DNA of 56,973 bases from a virus (IMGVR_UViG_3300025120_000061:1-56973); one strand, 5' to 3'. Counted from the first letter of the stretch, positions 28,893 through 37,450 are shown. Notes: a model not told the origin generated them from the letters alone. Program-made: numbers and translations.

Positions 28893-30643
28893 ATACACTT
28901 ACAGTAAAAAACTTTATGAGCGTGGGTAACACCACACAAGCCATTGACTTTAACCGCAATGACCTTACACTGGTGCTAGGTGAAAACTTAGACACAGGAG
29001 GAGGAGATGCTGGCAGTAGAAATGGTACTGGCAAGACTACTATCATTAATGCGCTAAGTTACGCACTTTATGGTAATGCACTTACAAATATTCGCAAGGA
29101 CAACTTGATTAACAAAACCAATGGTAAGAACATGCTTACCACTGTGGAGTTTGAAAAAGATGGACTAGCATATCGTATTGAACGTGGACGTAAGCCAAAT
29201 GTGCTAAAGTTTTACATTAACAACAACGAGCAAGAAACAGAGGATAATGCACAAGGAGATAGCAGAGAAACACAAAAGGCTATCGAAGAACTGTTAGGTA
29301 TGTCACACGACATGTTTAAACATGTGCTTGCACTAAACACATACAGTGAACCTTTTCTAAGCATGCGCACCAACGATCAACGTGCTATCATTGAACAGTT
29401 GTTAGGTATTACTATTCTCAGTGAAAAAGCAGAAAATCTCAAAGAAATGGTGCGTGTAACTAAGAACAAGATTCAAGAAGAAGAGTTCCGTATCAAAGCA
29501 GTCGAAGATGCTAACGGCAAAATTGTAGAGCAAGTTGATGCACTAAAACGCAGACAGCGTATGTGGCAAGACAAAAAAGATCAGGACATTGCAAACTTTA
29601 AAACAGCAATAAACGACCTTAGTCATGTTGACATTGACGAAGAGCTTAGAGCGCACACTGAACTTGCAGACTGGAATACACTAAACAATGCACAAGTGCA
29701 ACTACAAAAAGACGTTGCTGCACTGCAAGCACAGGAAGGCAGAGCAGAGCGCGATGTTAAAAAAGCAAACAAAGCTCTAGTAGGATGGCAAGATGGAGTG
29801 TGTCATAGTTGCAATCAAAGCATTACACACTTAGATAGTCATAAACAAGAGATTGAAAAAGCGGAGAAGGAACATGACGAAGCAAATAATTTCCTTACAG
29901 AATTACAAACAGCAATTACAGAGCTCAGAGCTCAAGAAGAAACAGTCCCAAGCAAACCACGAACTTTCTATGATAGCGCCAATGATGCACACAACCATCG
30001 TTCAAGCCTATCCACACTGGAATCACAACTACAAAGTAAGCAAGATGAAAGTGACCCTTACACCGATCAAATAGCAGAAATGGAAACTACTGCAGTTCAG
30101 GAGGTTACCTGGGATAGTATAAATGAACTTACCCGGGTGCAGAATCATCAAGAGTTCTTGCTTAAACTGCTTACTAACAAAGACAGTTTTATCCGCAAAC
30201 GTATTATTGATCAGAACCTTGCATACTTAAATACAAGACTAGAAGGTTACCTGGGCGCAGTTGGACTACCACACACGGTGGTGTTCCAAAATGATCTAAC
30301 AGTAGAAATACAAGAACTAGGTAGAGACTTGGACTTTGACAACTTGAGCAGAGGTGAACGTAACAGACTTATACTAAGCCTAAGTTGGGCGTTCCGTGAT
30401 GTTTGGGAAAGCCTATATCAGCCAATCAACTTGTTGTTTATTGACGAACTAGTTGACAGTGGCATGGATAGTGCAGGTGTAGAAAACGCCATGGGTGTAC
30501 TAAAACGAATGAGCAGAGAGCGTAACAAAAGTGTATGGCTAGTAAGTCACAAAGATGAACTTATAGGGCGTGTCAACAATGTACTTAAAGTTATCAAAGA
30601 AAATGGCTTTACTAGTTATGATACTGATGTAGAACTAGTATGA
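28880..30643 (+). CDS. gp46: Recombination ATPase subunit, Rad50/SbcC-like
   Basis: KNFMSVGN, Walker A NGTGKTT, zinc hook CHSC within coiled coil, LSRGE signature, Walker B LLFIDE, SH switch. Confidence 0.93.
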   Translation: MFKLDTLTVKNFMSVGNTTQAIDFNRNDLTLVLGENLDTGGGDAGSRNGTGKTTIINALSYALYGNALTNIRKDNLINKTNGKNMLTTVEFEKDGLAYRIERGRKPNVLKFYINNNEQETEDNAQGDSRETQKAIEELLGMSHDMFKHVLALNTYSEPFLSMRTNDQRAIIEQLLGITILSEKAENLKEMVRVTKNKIQEEEFRIKAVEDANGKIVEQVDALKRRQRMWQDKKDQDIANFKTAINDLSHVDIDEELRAHTELADWNTLNNAQVQLQKDVAALQAQEGRAERDVKKANKALVGWQDGVCHSCNQSITHLDSHKQEIEKAEKEHDEANNFLTELQTAITELRAQEETVPSKPRTFYDSANDAHNHRSSLSTLESQLQSKQDESDPYTDQIAEMETTAVQEVTWDSINELTRVQNHQEFLLKLLTNKDSFIRKRIIDQNLAYLNTRLEGYLGAVGLPHTVVFQNDLTVEIQELGRDLDFDNLSRGERNRLILSLSWAFRDVWESLYQPINLLFIDELVDSGMDSAGVENAMGVLKRMSRERNKSVWLVSHKDELIGRVNNVLKVIKENGFTSYDTDVELV

Positions 30644-31539
30644 CCAAGATACTGCACTTTGAACCTACCAGCAGATGCAATGCTGCTTGCCCTATGTGTG
30701 CAAGAAATATAAACGGTAACGGGTGCGTTGTTAGCCTTGCAGATCTAAGTTTTGATAAATTTCAAGCACATGTCACCAGTAGGCTAATAAGTTTAGAGAA
30801 GATATTTTTCTGCGGGAGCCTAGGTGACCCATGTGCAGACAAAGACTTGCTTAAAAAAATTGCATGGGTGAAAGGTATTCGTCCTAGTATCGTTGTTGGT
30901 ATTAACACAAACGGTAGTATACGAAATCCTAAATGGTGGACAGAATGTGCTGAACTTCTTACTGGCATTTACGATTACGTTGTGTTTAGTATAGATGGAT
31001 TAGCTGATACTAATCATATATATAGAGTAGGTGTGCAGTTTGATAAAATTATGCAAAATGCACAAGCATACATAGAAGCAGGCGGCAGTGCGCATTGGGA
31101 CATGCTAGTATTTGATCATAATAAACATCAAATAGAAGATTGTAAGCAACTAGCTGATTCAATGAGATTTACTTGGTTTCGTAGCAAAGAAACAGATAGA
31201 TGGGATCAATTTACATTTGAAAACATTAAAGCAGCAAATGAACATAATTATATTGACTACACAGTTGTAAACAGTATAACATGTGAGAGGAATATAGAAT
31301 CTAGTACATACATAGATTACCAAGGACAAGAATTTCCTTGTTGTCACATTGGAGAAATGTATTACAGCCAAACACAAGAACACGATCATACAGATATAAA
31401 AGAATTTACACCAAAAGAATTAATGACGGAATATCAAACAAGACTAGTTAACAACAGTCCGTTTTATGTGTGTAAAAGAAGTTGCGGAAAGATTGTAAAT
31501 AAGCGGTCGCAATGGAAACAAGAAATTCAACTAAGATAG
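30640..31539 (+). CDS. Radical SAM enzyme with C-terminal Cys-rich (twitch/SPASM-like) region
   Basis: CNAACPMC (CxxxCxxC), G..GDP, TNGS, FSIDG, C-terminal PCC...CKRSC. Confidence 0.88.
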   Translation: MTKILHFEPTSRCNAACPMCARNINGNGCVVSLADLSFDKFQAHVTSRLISLEKIFFCGSLGDPCADKDLLKKIAWVKGIRPSIVVGINTNGSIRNPKWWTECAELLTGIYDYVVFSIDGLADTNHIYRVGVQFDKIMQNAQAYIEAGGSAHWDMLVFDHNKHQIEDCKQLADSMRFTWFRSKETDRWDQFTFENIKAANEHNYIDYTVVNSITCERNIESSTYIDYQGQEFPCCHIGEMYYSQTQEHDHTDIKEFTPKELMTEYQTRLVNNSPFYVCKRSCGKIVNKRSQWKQEIQLR

Positions 31540-31548
31540 GAGACAGAG

Positions 31549-31722
31549 ATGTCACACGAACAAATTACAGAACAGTACGAAGCATACTTGAAAGAGCATG
31601 CAGCATTTGAAGAAAAAGGCGTAAAAGCCGCAGCAACTCGCGCTCGTAAAGCACTAGGTGAACTGGGCAAACTTACTAAAGCACGCCGCGCTGAGATTCA
31701 GGAAAAGAAGAACAGCATGTAA
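31549..31722 (+). CDS. Histone H1-like (Hc1 family) small DNA-binding protein, 57 aa; not in the ORF track
   Basis: Manual translation MSHEQITEQYEAYLKEHAAFEEKGVKAAATRARKALGELGKLTKARRAEIQEKKNSM; AGGAG SD; KG.KAA.TRARKA..EL.KL.K..R motif. Confidence 0.8.
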   Translation: MSHEQITEQYEAYLKEHAAFEEKGVKAAATRARKALGELGKLTKARRAEIQEKKNSM

Positions 31723-31743
31723 TTCTGCATATATACAAAGCAC

Positions 31744-32172
31744 ATGGAACAACACTGGTACTATAATAACGAAATTATCGAAGAACTACCAGAAGGTTCT
31801 GTGGGCTTTGTTTATTTGATTACAAACTTGACTAACAATAGAAAATACATTGGCAAAAAACTGGCACAATTCAAAAGAACTAAACCACCCCTAAAAGGCA
31901 GAAAAAACAAAAGGCGTAGCACTGTTGAAAGTGACTGGCGCGAATATTACGGCTCATCCGACGAACTATCAGCAGACGTTGCTGAACTAGGCCCACAAAG
32001 TTTCAAACGTGAAATCCTGTTCTATTGCACTAGCAAAAGTGAACTAAGTTATGTTGAAGCGAGAGAACAATTCAATCACAAAGTATTAGAATCTGACGAA
32101 TGGTACAACGGGCACATTAGAGTGAGAGTACATCAAAAAGGTATTCTCAACAACAAACAATTAAATGGCTAG
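31744..32172 (+). CDS. Stand-alone GIY-YIG nuclease
   Basis: GFVYLITN...KYIGKK, YYGSS, FKREIL, conserved E and WYN; Lys/Arg-rich segment KRTKPPLKGRKNKRR. Confidence 0.85.
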   Translation: MEQHWYYNNEIIEELPEGSVGFVYLITNLTNNRKYIGKKLAQFKRTKPPLKGRKNKRRSTVESDWREYYGSSDELSADVAELGPQSFKREILFYCTSKSELSYVEAREQFNHKVLESDEWYNGHIRVRVHQKGILNNKQLNG

Positions 32173-32176
32173 ATAG

Positions 32177-32185
32177 TGTTACAAT
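32177..32185 (+). promoter_or_regulatory. Possible extended -10 promoter (TGtTACAAT) for the downstream RNA
   Basis: TGnTAnnnT lies about 10 nt before the first hairpin of the structured region; no -35. Confidence 0.4.
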
Positions 32186-32493
32186 AGAATTAATTTGGCG
32201 TTTACGGTCTACGCATTAAACCGTCGTTAACACAAGTAAAACCAACTTTAGGCACAAAAGATAGCGGCTCTGAGAAAAAGCAACCGCGACTGGACATGTA
32301 TTGCTGTTATGATATATGTAAGGTTCCGAAACTATCAGTGAAGGCTGAAGTAGGGGGTAAACGGGTTTCCGCCTCCGTGCAGCAATGCAATCTTCTTATA
32401 ACAGATGAGCGAGACACGCAGATGATGGCGTCTTTTTTCATGGCTTCGCCCGGCAACGGGTGAAGTATGAGTTCAACTTCGAGATGATAGCAC

Positions 32494-32551
32494 TTCACTT
32501 CGTTCATAATATAATGTGTTCTAATAAAAAAAAGTGATTGAACGAAGTGAA
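32494..32551. repeat. 13-bp perfect inverted repeat around a 32-nt AT-rich spacer
   Basis: ttcacttcgttca (32494-506) and tgaacgaagtgaa (32539-51). Confidence 0.9.
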
Positions 32552-32557
32552 AAGAAC

Positions 32558-32577
32558 GAATGAGCTTTAGCTCATTC
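32558..32577. terminator. Hairpin at the convergence of two transcription units, possible terminator
   Basis: gaatgagc-ttta-gctcattc abuts the gp51-like stop codon; U-tract is weak. Confidence 0.4.
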
Positions 32578-32817
32578 TTAAATTATCAATTGATTAGCTT
32601 TCTTACTCATTTCTAAATTCTCTTCGATAACTTCGTTAAAGAATTTAAAGTCTGACATAGGTAAATCTAAGAGTTCGCTGTAAGTAACTCCGCCTCGCAT
32701 ATACCAACATAACTGCGCAATGGTTTTCTTGATGCGAGCTATTTCTTTTTCGAATCCATTAAGTAGCCTCTCAATCTCAGGATTAGGTAATGCTAAGAGG
32801 CGAATACGAAAAAATTT
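32578..32817 (-). CDS. gp51: gp51-like frame, probably expressed by -1 frameshift from gp26; not in the ORF track
   Basis: Frame open 32823 to 32578: FFRIRLLALPNPEIERLLNGFEKEIARIKKTIAQLCWYMRGGVTYSELLDLPMSDFKFFNEVIEENLEMSKKANQLII. No ATG/GTG/TTG until 32700. Confidence 0.65.
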   Translation of the reverse strand, partial: KFFRIRLLALPNPEIERLLNGFEKEIARIKKTIAQLCWYMRGGVTYSELLDLPMSDFKFFNEVIEENLEMSKKANQLII

Positions 32818-33692
32818 GCTTGGTCAAACGTAAATGGGCTTTGATACTTGTGACTGCATTCATCACAGGTGTGTTCTACAGTTTTATCTGGAATGCCTGC
32901 ATTAATCTGATCTAGTTTTTTCTTTACGCTATCAAACAACTGTCTTTCACTGTTTGTTACATATTCTTCAATAAACTCTGGATCTGATACATGTTCACCA
33001 TCAGGTGTAACAATTTGAACAATTGTATTGCTAACATTTTTCACAGTATACTCTGTCATCTTTTTAAAGATCTTATAGAACCGTTCTTGTTTTTCTTCTT
33101 CACTGAGTGTACTGTCTCCAATAACACTTACCAGTCTTTGCTGTTCGAACCTTTCAATGTTTTGCATATTAATAGTATCATAGTCAATAGGCTTTAGATA
33201 TATTTGCATGCCTTTGTATTCAAATGGTTGTGCATATCCTGTCATATCTACTGGAATATCCATGAAAATACGCAGATCAATTTCGTATTCGTCAGTGTTT
33301 TCGCAACTTGGACAGCTACTGGTATATTCCATTTTTTCACCGTAACTAGCAATTCTAATGCCAATTAACACTGTATCTAAATCAGTAGCAGGTAATGCCC
33401 AAGCATTTTTAATGTTTGGTATACAACTGTGAATCATATCTACCACTGCTTGTCCGTTAAGCAACGCATCTGGAGTATTGAGTGCAATTTCGTCTCTGGT
33501 GCTCATGGGCATTACAGGTATTTCATTGCTAACGGGCATTTCTAGCGCACCTGCTAGCCAATACTGACCATTGCTGGGTAGTTTGATGTAAATTGCAGGC
33601 TGCCGCATAAATTTTTGTAGAGGATTTGTTCTGTTTTGCATATGTGCAACTTGCTCAGGATTCATTGAAAAGTTCTCGGGTACTTCGACCAT
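32793..33692 (-). CDS. gp26: Baseplate hub assembly protein/tail chaperone, T4 gp26-like (start revised to 33692, 299 aa)
   Basis: IKLPS.G, PM..RDE, DLD.VLI.IRIASYGE, CPSC, CDEC, terminal NFF; GGAGA SD before the ATG at 33692. Confidence 0.8.
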   Translation of the reverse strand: MVEVPENFSMNPEQVAHMQNRTNPLQKFMRQPAIYIKLPSNGQYWLAGALEMPVSNEIPVMPMSTRDEIALNTPDALLNGQAVVDMIHSCIPNIKNAWALPATDLDTVLIGIRIASYGEKMEYTSSCPSCENTDEYEIDLRIFMDIPVDMTGYAQPFEYKGMQIYLKPIDYDTINMQNIERFEQQRLVSVIGDSTLSEEEKQERFYKIFKKMTEYTVKNVSNTIVQIVTPDGEHVSDPEFIEEYVTNSERQLFDSVKKKLDQINAGIPDKTVEHTCDECSHKYQSPFTFDQANFFVFAS

Positions 33693-33705
33693 GTGTTTCT
33701 CCAGG

Positions 33706-33744
33706 TAAATACATAATAAATATGATACTGTGTGTATATTTATA
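33706..33744. promoter_or_regulatory. Face-to-face late promoters for the tape measure gene (+; TAAATA 33706-11 and 33717-22) and gp26 (-; TATAAATA 33737-44)
   Basis: Late consensus on both strands in the 78-nt gap between the divergent genes. Confidence 0.6.
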
Positions 33745-33770
33745 TACGCATATAATTGGAGATTTTTTCT

Positions 33771-35663
33771 TTGCCCGTAATTGACATTCCAGGATTTGGT
33801 GCTGTACAAGCAGATAACTTTGCAAGCGAGCAAACGCTAAACCGTTTGGTTGATGCTGTAAACAATCAAACCACAGGTGCAGGCGGCATTCAAAGTATCT
33901 TTGCTTCAGTTGCCGGTGATAGTAAGCGTACAGCAAGAGACTTGCAACAGTTGGGCCAGTCTGCTGACAATACTAAAAGCAGTATGCAAGCGCAAAGCAG
34001 TGCAGCCGAGACACTAACAAAACGTAATATGCAAGCAAGCAATAGTTTTGCTTCGTTCAGTCGCAAAATGAGTTCAATAAGTTTTGAAAGTCCGATAGCT
34101 ATGCTGTCAGCAGGTGTGGAGAAATTTACTGGGTTAGTTGGAGATAACGCAGGTGCAATTACAGCAGCAGGTGCTGCAGCAGGCGCAGCATTTGGCGGAC
34201 CAGCTGGATTGATGCTTGGCGGCGCTCTTGCTGGTTTAGCAGTTGGCATGACACAAGTGACAGGTGTCCTAGGCGGCGTATTGTTAGGTGATTTAGAAAA
34301 GATGGCTACACAATTTGGCAAAGCGCAACAAGCGGGTGCTGTTTTTGGAAATAGCATGCTTAACTTTAGAAACATTTCTAGTAATAGCGGGCTTACAATG
34401 GAACAGTTTGGTAATGTTGTTACTAAAAATACAGAAGCCGTTGCTATGTTTGGTGGTACTACTAGTCAAGGTGCACAAGAATTTGCAAGAGCAAATAGTT
34501 TACTCATAAGACAACACGGAAATGATTTACAGCGACTGGGCGTGAGCTATGAGGAAATGGGCATGCGCACAGCAGACTTTATGGCTTCATTAGTAGAAGC
34601 TGGTGTGCCCATTTATGAAAATGGTGTTGCAACACAGGATGTAGTCAGACGAACTAAAGAACTAGCAGTCCAGCAAAAAGCACTGGCAGCAATTAATGGT
34701 ACTACTATTGACCAAGAAAAAGAAAAGCAGCGTATGCAACGCAAAGATGCACAGATGAACGCAGTTCTAATGGGCCTAAACGAAAAAGAGCGTGAAGTTG
34801 TTCAACAACTATCAGCACAGTTTCCTCAGGCTACACAGTTTATTAAAGAGTTTGTAGCATTTGGTGGACCAGTTACCAAAGAAGGAAATTTGCAGGCTGC
34901 AATGATGGGCACTCTTACTAGTGAAATTGGCAATACTATTACTGCAGTGAAAAATGGACAAAGTGTACCAGGTGCGTTAGGAGCACTAGAAAATCTTGCA
35001 GAAAGCAGTCCACAAATAGCTGCAGAAACACGAGCAATGGCTGATATGGTTAAACTAAGTATCGCGGGTAGTACAAACAGTGTTGTACAGATGGCAGAAA
35101 AGAACTTTAATGCACAGTTTGAACTTATGAATAAAACACAAGCTGGTGTTGTGCAAAATGTATTGGATACTCTTACTCCAGACTTAAAAGGATTTAAAAA
35201 TGCAGTCGACCCGGCAACAGAAGCAGTGGTAAAATTTGGAGATGCATTTCAGAGAATACAAACAAGCATAAGCCAGTTAGCTGAGACAGCATACAGAAGT
35301 GACGTTGGAACAGGTGCGCTTGCAGCTGGTGCGAACGCAATAGGAATGGCTTCTCGTGTTGCACAAGCAGGCGCTGCACAATTTGGAAACACCACAGCGG
35401 CAACAGGCGCTGCTGGCCCTTCTATTGATATTACTCGTCAAGGATTTGCAGGAATGCAAGAAGGTGGTCCAATAGACACAATGATAGCTGCGTTGCCAGA
35501 TAGTATAGAAAAAGCAGTTAATAAAGCAATGTCGGGTATCAGCGATGCTATTACAGGCGGAAATGTAGTAGCGAGTTCTCAACTTACTGATTTGGTTGCA
35601 GAACAAAAGAAAACCACAGATGCAATGAATCGTCTTACTGATGCTACAAAGATGACACAATAA
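33771..35663 (+). CDS. Probable tape measure protein (TTG start at 33771)
   Basis: Ala/Gln/Gly-rich helical protein with a hydrophobic GA-rich segment, adjacent to the chaperone pair. GGAG lies 9 nt before the TTG. Confidence 0.6.
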   Translation: MPVIDIPGFGAVQADNFASEQTLNRLVDAVNNQTTGAGGIQSIFASVAGDSKRTARDLQQLGQSADNTKSSMQAQSSAAETLTKRNMQASNSFASFSRKMSSISFESPIAMLSAGVEKFTGLVGDNAGAITAAGAAAGAAFGGPAGLMLGGALAGLAVGMTQVTGVLGGVLLGDLEKMATQFGKAQQAGAVFGNSMLNFRNISSNSGLTMEQFGNVVTKNTEAVAMFGGTTSQGAQEFARANSLLIRQHGNDLQRLGVSYEEMGMRTADFMASLVEAGVPIYENGVATQDVVRRTKELAVQQKALAAINGTTIDQEKEKQRMQRKDAQMNAVLMGLNEKEREVVQQLSAQFPQATQFIKEFVAFGGPVTKEGNLQAAMMGTLTSEIGNTITAVKNGQSVPGALGALENLAESSPQIAAETRAMADMVKLSIAGSTNSVVQMAEKNFNAQFELMNKTQAGVVQNVLDTLTPDLKGFKNAVDPATEAVVKFGDAFQRIQTSISQLAETAYRSDVGTGALAAGANAIGMASRVAQAGAAQFGNTTAATGAAGPSIDITRQGFAGMQEGGPIDTMIAALPDSIEKAVNKAMSGISDAITGGNVVASSQLTDLVAEQKKTTDAMNRLTDATKMTQ

Positions 35664-35699
35664 ATTAGGTAAATACGCAACAAGGTAATATAATAAGTT

Positions 35700-37427
35700 A
35701 TGAGCTGGAAAAAACATTTCACATTAGTAAAAGACGTTAGTCCTTTTACAAACACAAATCAAGGAGGCACTGACGGTACCAAGTACAGTCACTATGCCAG
35801 TCACTTGCCTGAAGTTTATAGTGGTCATCCTAACCGTACTGAACGTTATAGTCAGTACGAAACCATGGATATTGACAGTGAGATCAATGCTGCACTGGAT
35901 ATCCTTGCTGAATTTTGTACACAAACTAACACAGAAAACGGTACAGGCTTTGATATTCACTTTCACGAAACACCAACTGAGAGTGAAATTGATATTATCA
36001 AAAAGCAGCTCACTAACTGGAGCAATCTCAACGATTTTAATATGAGATTGTTTAAGATGTTTCGCAATACATTAAAGTACGGTGATCAAGTATTCATTAG
36101 AGATCCAGAAACATTCCAGTTGTATTGGAGTGAAATGAACAAAGTCACAAAGATTATTGTGAATGAAAGTGAAGGCAAAAAGCCGGAACAGTATATTATC
36201 AAAGACATCAATCCTAACTTTGAAAATCTTACAGTAACAGCAAGTACATTTAGTGATCATGGAGGTCAAGGCGATCTCAATAAAAACAGAGGTTACATTC
36301 AGCCTAGTACATTGTATGATGGCGGCGGCGGAAGCAGTGCGCAAGGACGTTTTGATCGTGCGCTAAATGAAAAAGCAATTGAAGCAGAGCATATTGTACA
36401 TGCTAGTTTAACAGAAGGACTGGATCCTAACTGGCCCTTTGGTAACAGTATTTTAGAACAGGTGTTTAAAGTATACAAGCAAAAAGAACTGCTTGAAGAT
36501 GCTATTATTATCTACCGTATTCAACGTGCTCCAGAGCGCAGAGTATTCTATATTGATGTAGGCAACATGCCAAGTCATATGGCTATGAGCTTTGTTGAGC
36601 GTGTGAAAAACGAAATTCATCAGCGTCGTATCCCAAGTAAAACTGGCGGCGGCACTAACATCATGGATACAACATACAATCCACTATCAACCAACGAAGA
36701 CTACTTCTTCCCGCAAACAGCAGAAGGCAGAGGTAGTAAAGTTGATACACTGCCAGGTGGCACAAATCTTGGTGAGATTGATGACTTGAAATTCTTTACT
36801 AACAAACTGTTCCGTGGCTTGCGTATTCCTAGCAGTTATTTGCCAACTGGATTTGAAGACAGTCCTAGTTCATACAATGACGGTCGTGTTGGCACAGCAA
36901 TGATCCAGGAAAAGCGTTTTAACGAATACTGCATGAGACTACAGCGTCTTATTGCTGCTACATTTGACAGAGAATTTAAAATGTTCTTGAAGTGGCGCGG
37001 TGTTGAAATTGACAACAGTACATTTGAACTACGCTTTAATGAGCCGCAAAACTTTGCCAGTTACCGCGAAACTGAAATGGATGCTGCTAGAATCAACACA
37101 TTCCAAGCACTTGAAGGTTATCCATATATGAGCAAACGTTTTCTAATGCAGCGTTACTTGGGCATGAGTGAAGAAGAAATGTCAGAGAACAACAAACTAT
37201 GGCGTGAAGAAAATGCTGATGTTACTGTTGAAAGTGAACTACCTAGCATGCGCAGTGTTGGTGTAACCACAGGCGGTATACAAGCAGACATGGATAACTT
37301 TGAAATGCCTAGTGAAGAACCAGCAGCAGAAGCCGGCGGCGGCGAAGAAGGCGGCGCAGGTGAAGCAGGTGCAACTGGTGATGTAAGTCCAGTAGGATCA
37401 GCACCACCAGCAGGAACAGAAGCCTAA
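35700..37427 (+). CDS. gp20: Portal protein
   Basis: LLEDAIIIYRIQRAPERRVFYIDVGNMP, EDYFFP..EGRGSKVDTLPGG.NLGEIDD, L.IPSS.L. Confidence 0.95.
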   Translation: MSWKKHFTLVKDVSPFTNTNQGGTDGTKYSHYASHLPEVYSGHPNRTERYSQYETMDIDSEINAALDILAEFCTQTNTENGTGFDIHFHETPTESEIDIIKKQLTNWSNLNDFNMRLFKMFRNTLKYGDQVFIRDPETFQLYWSEMNKVTKIIVNESEGKKPEQYIIKDINPNFENLTVTASTFSDHGGQGDLNKNRGYIQPSTLYDGGGGSSAQGRFDRALNEKAIEAEHIVHASLTEGLDPNWPFGNSILEQVFKVYKQKELLEDAIIIYRIQRAPERRVFYIDVGNMPSHMAMSFVERVKNEIHQRRIPSKTGGGTNIMDTTYNPLSTNEDYFFPQTAEGRGSKVDTLPGGTNLGEIDDLKFFTNKLFRGLRIPSSYLPTGFEDSPSSYNDGRVGTAMIQEKRFNEYCMRLQRLIAATFDREFKMFLKWRGVEIDNSTFELRFNEPQNFASYRETEMDAARINTFQALEGYPYMSKRFLMQRYLGMSEEEMSENNKLWREENADVTVESELPSMRSVGVTTGGIQADMDNFEMPSEEPAAEAGGGEEGGAGEAGATGDVSPVGSAPPAGTEA

Positions 37428-37450
37428 TAAATACGCTATAGGAGACTTCC

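Larger units (their letters stand above)
32192..32577 (+). ncRNA. Candidate large structured non-coding RNA of unknown class
   Basis: Largest intergenic gap in the window (~405 nt). Multiple helices, two GCAA tetraloops, G-U pairs favouring the + strand, and a 7-bp loop pseudoknot (32304-10 with 32398-404). Confidence 0.65.

Noticed and set aside
32260-32340. Hammerhead ribozyme (ctgaga...cgaaac)
   Set aside because: The core reads CUGAGAA rather than CUGANGA, and stems II/III with a UH cleavage site cannot be built convincingly.
32307-32507. 66-aa minus-strand ORF in the gap
   Set aside because: No SD or recognisable motif; it lies antisense to the structured element.
32173-32577. Group I intron, RNase P RNA, tmRNA or cobalamin riboswitch
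   Set aside because: No P7-type GACUA/UAGUC pair and no interrupted gene; no GAGGAAAGUCC; no tRNA-like ends; no B12 box recognised by eye. An Rfam scan is still needed.
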